Origin: Octopus bimaculoides
Lineage: Eukaryota
Assembly: GCF_001194135.2 (NCBI RefSeq)
Contig: NC_069000.1
Span: forward strand, 43,346,738-43,383,821
DNA length: 37,084 bases
Direction of reading: 5' to 3'
Shown here: in pieces, positions 11,030 to 21,938 of the stretch
How positions within the stretch are numbered: position 1 is the stretch's first letter
Layout: each line of letters opens with the position of its first letter
The notes under the pieces: model-generated
What the model was told of the DNA's origin: nothing
Database searches by the model: none
Seen by the model: only the letters and a program-made list of their open reading frames with translations
Position numbers and translations under genes: made by a program

Positions 11030-11336
11030 GGAAAGCGCTATGTCGATTGCATCGACTCCACTTTTCAACTGGTACTTATTTCATCGACCCCGAAAGGATA
11101 AAAAGGCATTGTCGACCGTGGCGCAATTCGAACTCAAAATGTAAAACAGTTCTATATTTAAGAGATGAGAAATTATTTACATTATTTACATTATTTACAT
11201 TTGACGGATATTTACAAGATGAAGATAAATATCCGTCAAATGTAAATAATGTAAATAATGTAAAAATGTAAAGATAGACGAAATGCACCGAAGCATTTTG
11301 CCCTGCGTGTTAACGACTCTGCCACAGCGTCGCCTT
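11030..11336 (-). mobile_element. SINE family A copy interrupted by a 127-nt insertion containing a 39-bp perfect palindrome
   Basis: SINE core on both sides of 11146..11272. The 8-mer aatgtaaa is duplicated at 11138..11145 and 11265..11272. Confidence 0.7.
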
Positions 11337-11406
11337 GATTCCTACTTTTAATTATTAAAATCTATAATTAGCCAGCCTTAATGCCATTTTTTGTCATCGT
11401 TTTCAG

Positions 11407-11788
11407 GTTAATGTATTCGATCCTCCCGCCTTCCGTTGCCAATAAACTGCGACACAACAAACCGGTCGATGCCCTGAAATATGAAGACGTTACGATTATG
11501 TTTAGCGGAATTGATGGATTTAGTAAATTCTGCGCCGAAAACTCCGATGCACGCGGTGCTATGAAAATTGTGAAATACCTCAACGATATCTACACCAGGT
11601 TTGATGTCCTCCTCGATCCAATAGTCAACCCGGACGTGTATAAAGTGGAAACGGTCGGGGAGAAGTACATGGCTGTGAGCGGTTTGCCAGAGTTGTGTGA
11701 GACCCATGCGAAATGTATAGCACACCTTGCTCTCGATCTCATGGACATATCACATGAGCTCTCAGACCCATGTGGTAACCCGATGGTG
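11407..11788 (+). CDS. GUCY1B1: sGC beta-1 coding exon (cyclase N-half: [15 protein letters not shown]...FSGIDGF...[17 protein letters not shown]...GNPMV)
   Basis: Acceptor cgttttcag, donor gtgagt, 382 nt. Gly at the first metal-binding Asp position (FSGI) is the beta-1-type signature. Confidence 0.96.
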
Positions 11789-11966
11789 GTGAGTTAGTTG
11801 TTGTTGTTGTTGTTGGTGGTGGTGATGGTGTATATGTGTGTGTATGTATGTGTATGTACGCATGTATGATGTGTGTGCGTTTATGCGTCTGTCGAGTGTA
11901 ATCCATGTGTGATATGCATTTCAGTCAAAACGCTAATGTAAGTCTGCTGTCGTCTTCAACATTTAG

Positions 11967-12121
11967 ATTACAATCGGGATACACACCGGTGAAGTTGTGA
12001 CTGGCGTCATCGGCAAAAGGATGCCCCGTTATTGTCTCTTTGGAAACACGGTGAACCTGGCCAGTAGGACTGAAACTACAGGAGTAAAAGGAAGAATCAA
12101 CATTTCTAATTCAACTTACAA
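11967..12121 (+). CDS. GUCY1B1: sGC beta-1 coding exon ([39 protein letters not shown]...)
   Basis: Not in the ORF track; translated by hand. Acceptor catttag, donor gtaagt, 155 nt. Contains the guanylate cyclase [10 protein letters not shown] motif. Confidence 0.96.
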
Positions 12122-13156
12122 GTAAGTAAACGGCATCGTTCCCTTTCTCTCAGCCTCTGTCGATTTCTGTTCATATCTCAATCTCTTTCGATCTTATTCG
12201 TATACGTATGAGTAGATATATATATATATANNNNNNNNNNNNNNNNNNNNNNNNNNNNNNNNNNNNNNNNNNNNNNNNNNNNNNNNNNNNNNNNNNNNNN
12301 NNNNNNNNNNNNNNNNNNNNNNNNNNNNNNNNNNNNNNNNNNNNNNNNNNNNNNNNNNNNNNNNNNNNNNNNNNNNNNNNNNNNNNNNNNNNNNNNNNNN
12401 NNNNNNNNNNNNNNNNNNNNNNNNNNNNNNNNNNNNNNNNNNNNNNNNNNNNNNNNNNNNNNNNNNNNNNNNNNNNNNNNNNNNNNNNNNNNNNNNNNNN
12501 NNNNNNNNNNNNNNNNNNNNNNNNNNNNNNNNNNNNNNNNNNNNNNNNNNNNNNNNNNNNNNNNNNNNNNNNNNNNNNNNNNNNNNNNNNNNNNNNNNNN
12601 NNNNNNNNNNNNNNNNNNNNNNNNNNNNNNNNNNNNNNNNNNNNNNNNNNNNNNNNNNNNNNNNNNNNNNNNNNNNNNNNNNNNNNNNNNNNNNNNNNNN
12701 NNNNNNNNNNNNNNNNNNNNNNNNNNNNNNNNNNNNNNNNNNNNNNNNNNNNNNNNNNNNNNNNNNNNNNNNNNNNNNNNNNNNNNNNNNNNNNNNNNNN
12801 NNNNNNNNNNNNNNNNNNNNNNNNNNNNNNNNNNNNNNNNNNNNNNNNNNNNNNNNNNNNNNNNNNNNNNNNNNNNNNNNNNNNNNNNNNNNNNNNNNNN
12901 NNNNNNNNNNNNNNNNNNNNNNNNNNNNNNNNNNNNNNNNNNNNNNNNNNNNNNNNNNNNNNNNNNNNNNNNNNNNNNNNNNNNNNNNNNNNNNNNNNNN
13001 NNNNNNNNNNNNNNNNNNNNNNNNNNNNNNNNNNNNNNNNNNNNNNNNNNNNNNNNNNNNNNNNNNNNNNNNNNNNNNNNNNNNNNNNNNNNNNNNNNNN
13101 NNNNNNNNNNNNNNNNNNNNNNNNNATATATATATATATATATATATACATATATA

Positions 13157-13262
13157 CGACGGGCTTCTTTCAGTTTCCGTCTACCAAATCCACTCACAAT
13201 GCTTTGGTCGGCCCGAGGCTATAGTAGAAGACACTTTCCCAAGATGCCACGCAGTGGAACTG
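13157..13262 (-). mobile_element. SINE family B fragment
   Basis: gggcttctttcagtttccgtctaccaaatccactcaca...tatagtagaagacact matches 5350..5460. Confidence 0.7.
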
Positions 13263-13475
13263 ATATGATATTTCGGAATTTAATCATCCATTTATTATAG
13301 TCTATTGTTGTTACAATAGTGCATTGTTGTGTGTCATTCAAAACATCTTATTCTTTACAAATAATATACAATGCTTCAAGCAAACTACAGTACTCTCATA
13401 TATGTATATGTATGTATGCATGTATATGTCCATATAGATATGAAACTATCCGTCTGTATATCTATCTCTCGACAG

Positions 13476-13629
13476 GTGTCTGCAGCAACCCGAATGCATC
13501 GACGAGAGCCTCAGTTTTGAGTACCGTGGTGAAATCACGATGAAAGGAAAGAAGGAACCGATGCCTTGTTGGTTTTTGTCGCGAAGACCCGTTGGACAGC
13601 TTGAGACATCGTTCGTTGTGGACCTATAA
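13476..13629 (+). CDS. GUCY1B1: sGC beta-1 last coding exon (KCLQQPECIDESLSFEYRGEITMKGKKEPMPCWFLSRRPVGQLETSFVVDL*)
   Basis: Not in the ORF track; translated by hand. Acceptor ctctcgacag. MKGKKEPM.CWFLSR matches the beta-1 C-terminus. Stop TAA at 13627-13629. Confidence 0.92.
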
Positions 13630-13709
13630 GACATTCAATTCAACTATAAACATACATACATACATACATTCATACATGCATACATATACCTGTGTATGCG
13701 TGTGTGTTG

Positions 13710-13745
<36 letters not shown>

Positions 13746-13862
13746 TGTATAAAATGTGCATAAATCTGGCTGCCGTCAAAATATCCCGGTTTCTTAAAAT
13801 TAAGACTATATTTGTTGAGATCGCATACTGGTTAAGCCAGCCCCTAGTATATGGTTCCAAAG

Positions 13863-13894
<32 letters not shown>

Positions 13895-15797
13895 NNNNNN
13901 NNNNNNNNNNNNNNNNNNNNNNNNNNNNNNNNNNNNNNNNNNNNNNNNNNNNNNNNNNNNNNNNNNNNNNNNNNNNNNNNNNNNNNNNNNNNNNNNNNNN
14001 NNNNNNNNNNNNNNNNNNNNNNNNNNNNNNNNNNNNNNNNNNNNNNNNNNNNNNNNNNNNNNNNNNNNNNNNNNNNNNNNNNNNNNNNNNNNNNNNNNNN
14101 NNNNNNNNNNNNNNNNNNNNNNNNNNNNNNNNNNNNNNNNNNNNNNNNNNNNNNNNNNNNNNNNNNNNNNNNNNNNNNNNNNNNNNNNNNNNNNNNNNNN
14201 NNNNNNNNNNNNNNNNNNNNNNNNNNNNNNNNNNNNNNNNNNNNNNNNNNNNNNNNNNNNNNNNNNNNNNNNNNNNNNNNNNNNNNNNNNNNNNNNNNNN
14301 NNNNNNNNNNNNNNNNNNNNNNNNNNNNNNNNNNNNNNNNNNNNNNNNNNNNNNNNNNNNNNNNNNNNNNNNNNNNNNNNNNNNNNNNNNNNNNNNNNNN
14401 NNNNNNNNNNNNNNNNNNNNNNNNNNNNNNNNNTATATATATACATACATACACACACACACACACATATCGCAAGCTAGTGCATTTATACGGTGTGTAT
14501 ATTGATGCTATTTAGTTTTCATGCTGTTCATAACCGTGGTTTCTTTTAAACAGTATCATTTTGTTTAAGCTGATGCCACGCAATGGTTTTCAGCTTATAA
14601 GCTCGGCAGGCATTCCACCTACACCGAGACAGTCTTTGTACGATTAACGGGTGATAATCAAATTTTTATCTTCGAAAGGCCAACATCTGCAAGAATCCGT
14701 TCGTTGTGAGACAGGCGATGACTTAGAAACGAAATGGTAATGGCGTACTTTCAGTGCTGGAACCGCTACGTTTTGCATCAGGTGGATACTCGAAAGGATT
14801 GTTATTTCAAAAGATCTGTGTTTGTCGTGGTTTCCGTTCAAGATTTAAGGAGAAAACTAACAGCACCTCTGCGGATTATTCGCTCCATATACGCAATTTC
14901 TCCCCGCAAAGAAAGCACTCGACCTTTGAACTTGTGGCTGCAAAACGATCTTCTGAATCCTTCGAACATACTTCGCACACAACCATCCATTCATATATAC
15001 ACTCATAAACACACACATACACACCTTCGTATNNNNNNNNNNNNNNNNNNNNNNNNNNNNNNNNNNNNNNNNNNNNNNNNNNNNNNNNNNNNNNNNNNNN
15101 NNNNNNNNNNNNNNNNNNNNNNNNNNNNNNNNNNNNNNNNNNNNNNNNNNNNNNNNNNNNNNNNNNNNNNNNNNNNNNNNNNNNNNNNNNNNNNNNNNNN
15201 NNNNNNNNNNNNNNNNNNNNNNNNNNNNNNNNNNNNNNNNNNNNNNNNNNNNNNNNNNNNNNNNNNNNNNNNNNNNNNNNNNNNNNNNNNNNNNNNNNNN
15301 NNNNNNNNNNNNNNNNNNNNNNNNNNNNNNNNNNNNNNNNNNNNNNNNNNNNNNNNNNNNNNNNNNNNNNNNNNNNNNNNNNNNNNNNNNNNNNNNNNNN
15401 NNNNNNNNNNNNNNNNNNNNNNNNNNNNNNNNNNNNNNNNNNNNNNNNNNNNNNNNNNNNNNNNNNNNNNNNNNNNNNNNNNNNNNNNNNNNNNNNNNNN
15501 NNNNNNNNNNNNNNNNNNNNNNNNNNNNNNNNNNNNNNNNNNNNNNNNNNNNNNNNNNNNNNNNNNNNNNNNNNNNNNNNNNNNNNNNNNNNNNNNNNNN
15601 NNNNNNNNNNNNNNNNNNNNNNNNNNNNNNNNNNNNNNNNNNNNNNNNNNNNNNNNNNNNNNNNNNNNNNNNNNNNNNNNNNNNNNNNNNNNNNNNNNNN
15701 NNNNNNNNNNNNNNNNNNNNNNNNNNNNNNNNNNNNNNNNNNNNNNNNNNNNNNNNNNNNNNNNNNNNNNNNNNNNNNNNNNNNNNNNNNNNNNNNN

Positions 15798-15844
<47 letters not shown>

Positions 15845-16833
15845 GAAATCTGTAGAGATAATCTTAACAAAGGATGTTATAGCACTGCTAACACAGAGGA
15901 ACACAGTATTGACTTTTAAGAAGGTTTTGTTTACTTTGTAGTATATTATGGTTGTATTACGAAATACCGTGTCCCTACAAGTGATTAATATATATATATA
16001 GAAAGAGAGAATGACAGACAGGCAGACAGACAGAGACAGACAGACGGACGGACAGATAGACTGTCTGCCCGTCCGTCAGATAGATAAATAGATAAATAGA
16101 TAGATAGATTATAGACAGTAAAGAAATAAGAAACGTTAGTACGCCGGGCGAAATGCTTAGCGGTATTTCGTCCGTCTTCACTGAAAAGTCGAGTGGGCCA
16201 GGTCAATAGTGGAAGACGGTGGAACTGGACCAGAAAACACGTGTTTTCGAATTGCGGCTCTTAAGAACATATCTATTCCTAGGTGTTAGCCAAACATGTG
16301 TGCATGCGTGTGTGTGTGTGTGTGCATGCGTGTGTGTGTGCATGCGTGTGTGTGTGCATGCGTGTGTGTGTGTGTTTGCATGCGCATAACAGTGTGTTTG
16401 TGTGTGTAAATATTATAGACTAATAGGTCAAAACGACCACAAATCGAAATAGGACACGATATGATTTATAAAAGTTTTTTTAAAAAGCGTAGAACAAATC
16501 CACTACCCCCAGCATACACCGCCATACACACACGCGCGCGCACACGCCTTTCTTTTTACAGATTTAATAATATTTTAACAAAGAATCTACATTTTCACGA
16601 TTTCACTGTTTTCACATTCCCAAAGCTGAATATTTCGAATCCAGAAACGCAGTTAACTTACTTTGGAACAATTTTTTATTCTCTTATTTGAATTCCGAAG
16701 AGATATTCTTGAAGAATTTAGCAGCGTTTTCTAAATTCAAAATACTCAGTTTTTGGTAACTTACTGAATTAACAAAAGCAAAGATTCTTTGCTGAAACAA
16801 TTCATACGTTTAAATACTTAGAACACAATTTCT

Positions 16834-16871
<38 letters not shown>

Positions 16872-17409
16872 ATATATGTGTGTGTGTGTGTGTGTGTGTA
16901 TGACGATAAAAGCATCTTCTGTGTTGCTCACGGAATAGTAAAAGTGAAGGTAAATATATAAACTGTATTTATGTCTTTTTTGTTTTCTTTTGTTTTTGTT
17001 TTTTTTGCTTTTTGGGGTGGGGTGGGTTTCTTACACTTTCAACTCCTTTATTTCAAATTTGCATTCTTCCGATTTTTAATGAAATTTAATGTTAAATGTG
17101 TATGTGTGAGTATTTGTGAATGGGGGTGAGAGTGTGTGTGCATATGTGCGCGCGTATGTGTATGCGTTAGTGTACGTATGAGTGTGTGAGTGTGAGTGTG
17201 TATGTGTGTTTGTGCGTGTATGCGGAAGGTTTATAAACCCAGCGGAAGTTTTTGGAATAGCGATGCAAAAAATAAAAAAGGAGACAAATAATTGGATGAG
17301 GATTTTTTCCTTTGATTTTTTGTTTCTTTTTCGTTTATTTCAGCCTTCTTGTGTTTCACAAAACAGGAATTATGATTCTGGAAGAATTTCACTTCTTCAA
17401 AAATGTCAA

Positions 17410-17790
17410 TTATTTTAAATTTTTCCTTCACTGCTCCAGTTCAGTGCTCTTTCACACTCCACAAAGTATACTGCTGTCTGTATTCCAAAACTCCACTGGA
17501 ACTTCCATTAACACCGGTTGACTGCAGTCTTCGGTTTGACCCCCACCTCCCATCCAATCTCTTCTTTCTACACATCAACGCCTCGTGTGTCACTACATTC
17601 AACCACAACATCTCTTACACAGATGACATTACTCTTCATTTCTCTGTAATATCCGCCAGCCAGACATCATCCACTCTCAACCAGGACACAATACACCAAT
17701 CCACGTTGATTCCTTGGATAGGGGCCACGGAAGGATCCCACCTTAGCCATACAACAATCTTGTCTCTTTCTCTTTCAATAGCAAGAAAAC
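17410..17790 (+). mobile_element. Highly decayed LINE reverse transcriptase remnant
   Basis: SNLFFLHIN...ISYTDDITLHFS resembles RT motifs PTLFxxxIND and YADD. Confidence 0.5.
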
Positions 17791-17954
17791 ACTACGAAAG
17801 CTACAAGTAACTCTTGAAAGCTTAGCTGAGGTGCACGAGAGTTTATTGTTCTGACAGCGTTGGTTGTTGCAGTTGCTCCTAATGCTGTTCTGGCCTGCTG
17901 CTGTTACTGATGTTGCTACGGTTGTCGTTGTTTTTGCTGCTGCTGCATACCTTG

Positions 17955-18434
17955 ATTGGCGTAGAGACATTCACAGATATTCTCCAAGCCTTGTACACAA
18001 ACTCATAAATTTTCTTCAGATTTCCGGAGATGACGCACGAAGCAGGTCTTCGAGATCGCTCATCCTCTTCCAGGAAAGATCTTCCGCTTTTGAAGTGCCC
18101 GTACCTTTTGAAACATTGCGTACAACCCATTGCCTCGTGGTCGTAAGCTTGCTGAAGCATGCTTAATGTCTCTGTAGCAGACTTCCCGAGTTTAACGCCA
18201 AATTTTACGTTGACTCTTTGTTCCAACTTCTTGTCAATGACAAAATCGCAGACTACGGCACACACATGATCATAAAAACACAAATTTCACAGCTTAGGGA
18301 GTAAACACAACAATGTAATTTCACACAGTGCCTCATGAGAGCCCCTGCTAACTCTCACTGCATTCGCAATCGCGTGCTGCCATCTGATGGTGCGCTACAG
18401 ACCTAGTCCGGGAACTTTTTGATTACACCTCATA
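17955..18434 (-). mobile_element. Mariner transposon 5' remnant (N-terminal HTH plus TIR), unit 1
   Basis: KLEQRVNVKFGVKLGKSATETLSMLQQAY...FKSGRSFLEEDERSRRP. TIR ctagtccgggaactttttgattacacctca|ta ends at 18434. Confidence 0.85.
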
Positions 18435-19293
18435 CACTTGGAATTTCCAAAGGTCCTGCAAGTAAAATATAATTGTAACATTTTTGTCCCACGTTTCGCA
18501 TTTTGGCTGAAGTACCACAATAATAGAGTGGTACGTGTTGATGAAAACTGTTAGTGAACCTATAATCAGGGATTCTAATAAACACAGCGACGTCACTCGT
18601 CACACTGGCTGACGAAGGTCACTGCTAGTTCTCACTATGCATGCAATTGTCTTCAGCCATCTGCTGGGATGCTACAGAACTAGACCAGCAACTTTTTGAC
18701 ACCACCTCGTACACTTGGAATTTCCAAAGTTTCTACTAGTAAAATATAATTGTAACATTTTTGTCTCATTTTGTATTTTGGCTGTTGTACCACAATAACA
18801 GAGTGGCACGTATTGATTTAAAATGCTAGCGAATCCATAAAAAGGGTTTCTAAAAGAAAGCCCTCATCACCATTTGATGCCCCTTTTTCCACGATGACGG
18901 ATTGGACGGTTCATCAGGGGCTGGTAAGCCAGAGGAGTGAGTCATGCACCAATGTCTACATTACAATAGATTTGGATGCTCTACCTAAATCCACCTACTT
19001 CACAGAGTGTATTGACGTATTTGTTGTGGCACCATCTCTAGAGAGGTCACCAATTCTCTGCAAGACATGATCCTTTAACGGACTGTTGTAAACCATACCT
19101 CACTTTTTTAATTATTCTTTATAAATCCTAATTTTAAAATAATTTCCTCATTTCCCATGAGCTTTTTGTTTTGTTTGTAGTGCCCTTTTTCATTAATTAA
19201 CTAATTAATTTTATCACTTATTAGTTTCTTCACATTTAGACAGGAAAAACTATTGCCAAATTTGCTCTAATTCATATTTGACCTGCATCAAAT

Positions 19294-19429
19294 ATGTCAC
19301 GTGGTTACAATGCTTTTGTTCGAGTCAGTCGGCGCTCGTTTTCTCTACCTACCAACCAGTTGACGACGACGACAATGATGATGATGATAATGATTATAAC
19401 AGTGATGATACTTCCATGCACGTCACTCA
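19294..19429 (+). CDS. Two-Ig gene copy 1, exon 1 (signal peptide MSRGYNAFVRVSRRSFSLPTNQLTTTTMMMMIMIITVMILPCTSL)
   Basis: ATG context, reading frame and phase-1 donor (A|gtaagt) are conserved in three paralogous copies. Hydrophobic core precedes a small-residue cleavage-like site. Confidence 0.7.
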
Positions 19430-20050
19430 GTAAGTTAAGATTAAAAACANNNNNNNNNNNNNNNNNNNNNNNNNNNNNNNNNNNNNNNNNNNNNNNNNNN
19501 NNNNNNNNNNNNNNNNNNNNNNNNNNNNNNNNNNNNNNNNNNNNNNNNNNNNNNNNNNNNNNNNNNNNNNNNNNNNNNNNNNNNNNNNNNNNNNNNNNNN
19601 NNNNNNNNNNNNNNNNNNNNNNNNNNNNNNNNNNNNNNNNNNNNNNNNNNNNNNNNNNNNNNNNNNNNNNNNNNNNNNNNNNNNNNNNNNNNNNNNNNNN
19701 NNNNNNNNNNNNNNNNNNNNNNNNNNNNNNNNNNNNNNNNNNNNNNNNNNNNNNNNNNNNNNNNNNNNNNNNNNNNNNNNNNNNNNNNNNNNNNNNNNNN
19801 NNNNNNNNNNNNNNNNNNNNNNNNNNNNNNNNNNNNNNNNNNNNNNNNNNNNNNNNNNNNNNNNNNNNNNNNNNNNNNNNNNNNNNNNNNNNNNNNNNNN
19901 NNNNNNNNNNNNNNNNNNNNNNNNNNNNNNNNNNNNNNNNNNNNNNNNNNNNNNNNNNNNNNNNNNNNNNNNNNNNNNNNNNNNNNNNNNNNNNNNNNNN
20001 NNNNNNNNNNNNNNNNNNNNNNNNNNNNNNNNNNNNNNNNNNNNNNNNAT

Positions 20051-20104
<54 letters not shown>

Positions 20105-20331
20105 CCATTAGAGGTAGAATCAACAAAAATGCGCTCCATCTATTGAGAGATAAATATAGATTTAATACACGACCCAAAGAGCTACTAATAGTTTCATGCT
20201 TTTATGATACTTGATCAGACAACTTTCAGGTTTCGTGTCTATAGTAGAAGCGATAATTAAATCTGTCTTTGATAAATTGTTTCCGTCCCATTTTTCGTGT
20301 ATTCATTCATTTATTTATTCCTCACTCATAG

Positions 20332-20664
20332 ATAGTGTTGAAATGACAAGCCTAACACCTTTCGACGGATTTGGGATCGATGGACCATCTCAAATGAATA
20401 TAGCATGTCGTCTTGATGCAAAAGACTTGATGTTCTTCAGACTCAGACGTAACAATGAAATCGTTGTTGATATTGGTTTCCACGAAGGTATAGGAGTTTT
20501 TGAAGTCATTCGTTCCGTGAAAGGTTTCAACTGCAACATGCCGCAATCAAGAACGACTAAAGCAGTATTAAAGTGCTGGAAAGAAAATCTGGATTGCAGT
20601 GACGTAGCATCCTATATATGTGAGATATCGAATGCAGAGAAGTCCAATTCAAGGATGCTAAGAG
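20332..20664 (+). CDS. Two-Ig gene copy 1, exon 2 (V-like Ig domain)
   Basis: Acceptor ctcatag, donor gttaat, 333 nt, phase 1-1. B-strand Cys (NIAC) and F-strand D-x-A-S-Y-x-C motif. Open in both paralogs despite about 19% nucleotide divergence. Confidence 0.82.
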
Positions 20665-20699
20665 GTTAATTTTGTTTCATCTTAGCGAAAAAATAGTAA

Positions 20700-20717
20700 C
20701 ACTACTACTACTACTAC

Positions 20718-20787
<70 letters not shown>
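20700..20787. repeat. (CTA)n/(TAA)n microsatellite; counterpart (TTA)n/(GTA)n at 30655..30740
   Basis: Direct reading. Confidence 0.9.
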
Positions 20788-20900
20788 CCAAAAGATTGTG
20801 CTAACAAGTACTGCCCTAATCCTTAGAAAAATCCTATCAGTTTAAATGTCTGTGTTGTATTACATCTCTTAAGTACGAAATAGCCCGGCTATAGAAAATG
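20786..20900 (+). mobile_element. R4/Dong-like (RLE) retroelement 3' tip next to (AAT)n
   Basis: Reads IQKIVLTSTALILRKILSV*, like the C-terminal motif of RLE elements. Confidence 0.5.
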
Positions 20901-20995
20901 AAGAATGTGAAGACAGTACCAGTGAAACACAAAGGTCGATGTAATCCACTAGTCCCCTCACGCCAAATTTCAGTTCTTTTGCCTTTGCGGAAAGG

Positions 20996-21031
<36 letters not shown>

Positions 21032-21161
21032 GTTCAGTAGTTTTATTTTTATAACGTGCTTTCACTTCACTACCGAGCGCAGCTCTGTGTGCCTTGGGTA
21101 TGTGCTGTGGTTTGCTGTGATGCTCTTATGGTTACTGTATTGAAAGTGTTTTGCGTAGGAT

Positions 21162-21206
<45 letters not shown>

Positions 21207-21745
21207 GTCTTCCTTCTTGCTCCAATTTTGTCACCTTTTTTTGCCCGACACCGACGCCAAAGAGACTCGCTATATACAGTGACTGTCCATTAAAATAGCC
21301 ATACCATATTCTTCATTTACAAATCCAAATAAAGTCATGTAAAAATATTCACATGGCAAGTAATTCTTCTCATAGCGGCAATGCACTTCTCAATACATCT
21401 GATGTACTAGGTAAGACAATTTTTTATACCCTTCTTGCAGGGATGGTAAGCCAGGGGTCATTCGCAAATAATTTTGAGTTCCTCTTTTGACCATTTCTAG
21501 TGCTCCTACAATCACTGCTATTGTAGCTGCCTTGAGATCCCACATTTTGTTTTCGATTTCAATGAGTTTCTTTAAATCATTTGCCCCAATATATGATTAA
21601 AAGGGATATTCCTGTCGATCAATGAACAGTGCTTATCAGTTTGGTCTACCCAAGAATAGCAGATTTATTAGCTTTGATGGTTCGATCAATATGCACCAGA
21701 GCGTCCAAATAATCGCTACATTCGCTCGCCCAGTTATATCCCTAT
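21207..21745 (-). mobile_element. R4/Dong-like (RLE) retroelement 3' fragment ending in (TAA)n
   Basis: Frameshifted pieces VHIDRTIKANKS, DKHCSLIDRNIP, MWDLKAATIAVIVGALEMV and KKIVLPSTSDVLRSAL* match the RLE consensus. Confidence 0.65.
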
Positions 21746-21938
21746 TCTAGTGTTGCTATAGTTATAACATAGATTAGTTGAAGCCCTGGAAACCGTAAAG
21801 ATATTGCATAGTAACATGTCATTTATTTTGAGCAATGTTCAACTTTTTCGTTTTATACCAACATTACAATTTGTGTCAAAGCATCCATCCAGTATGTTAT
21901 TTTGAATCTTATTGTCTTAAAATACATTTCCTCTACAG

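Noticed and set aside
14520-15000. Faint RT-like words (SAY..RHST.TET)
   Set aside because: Too degraded to call by eye; needs a profile search.
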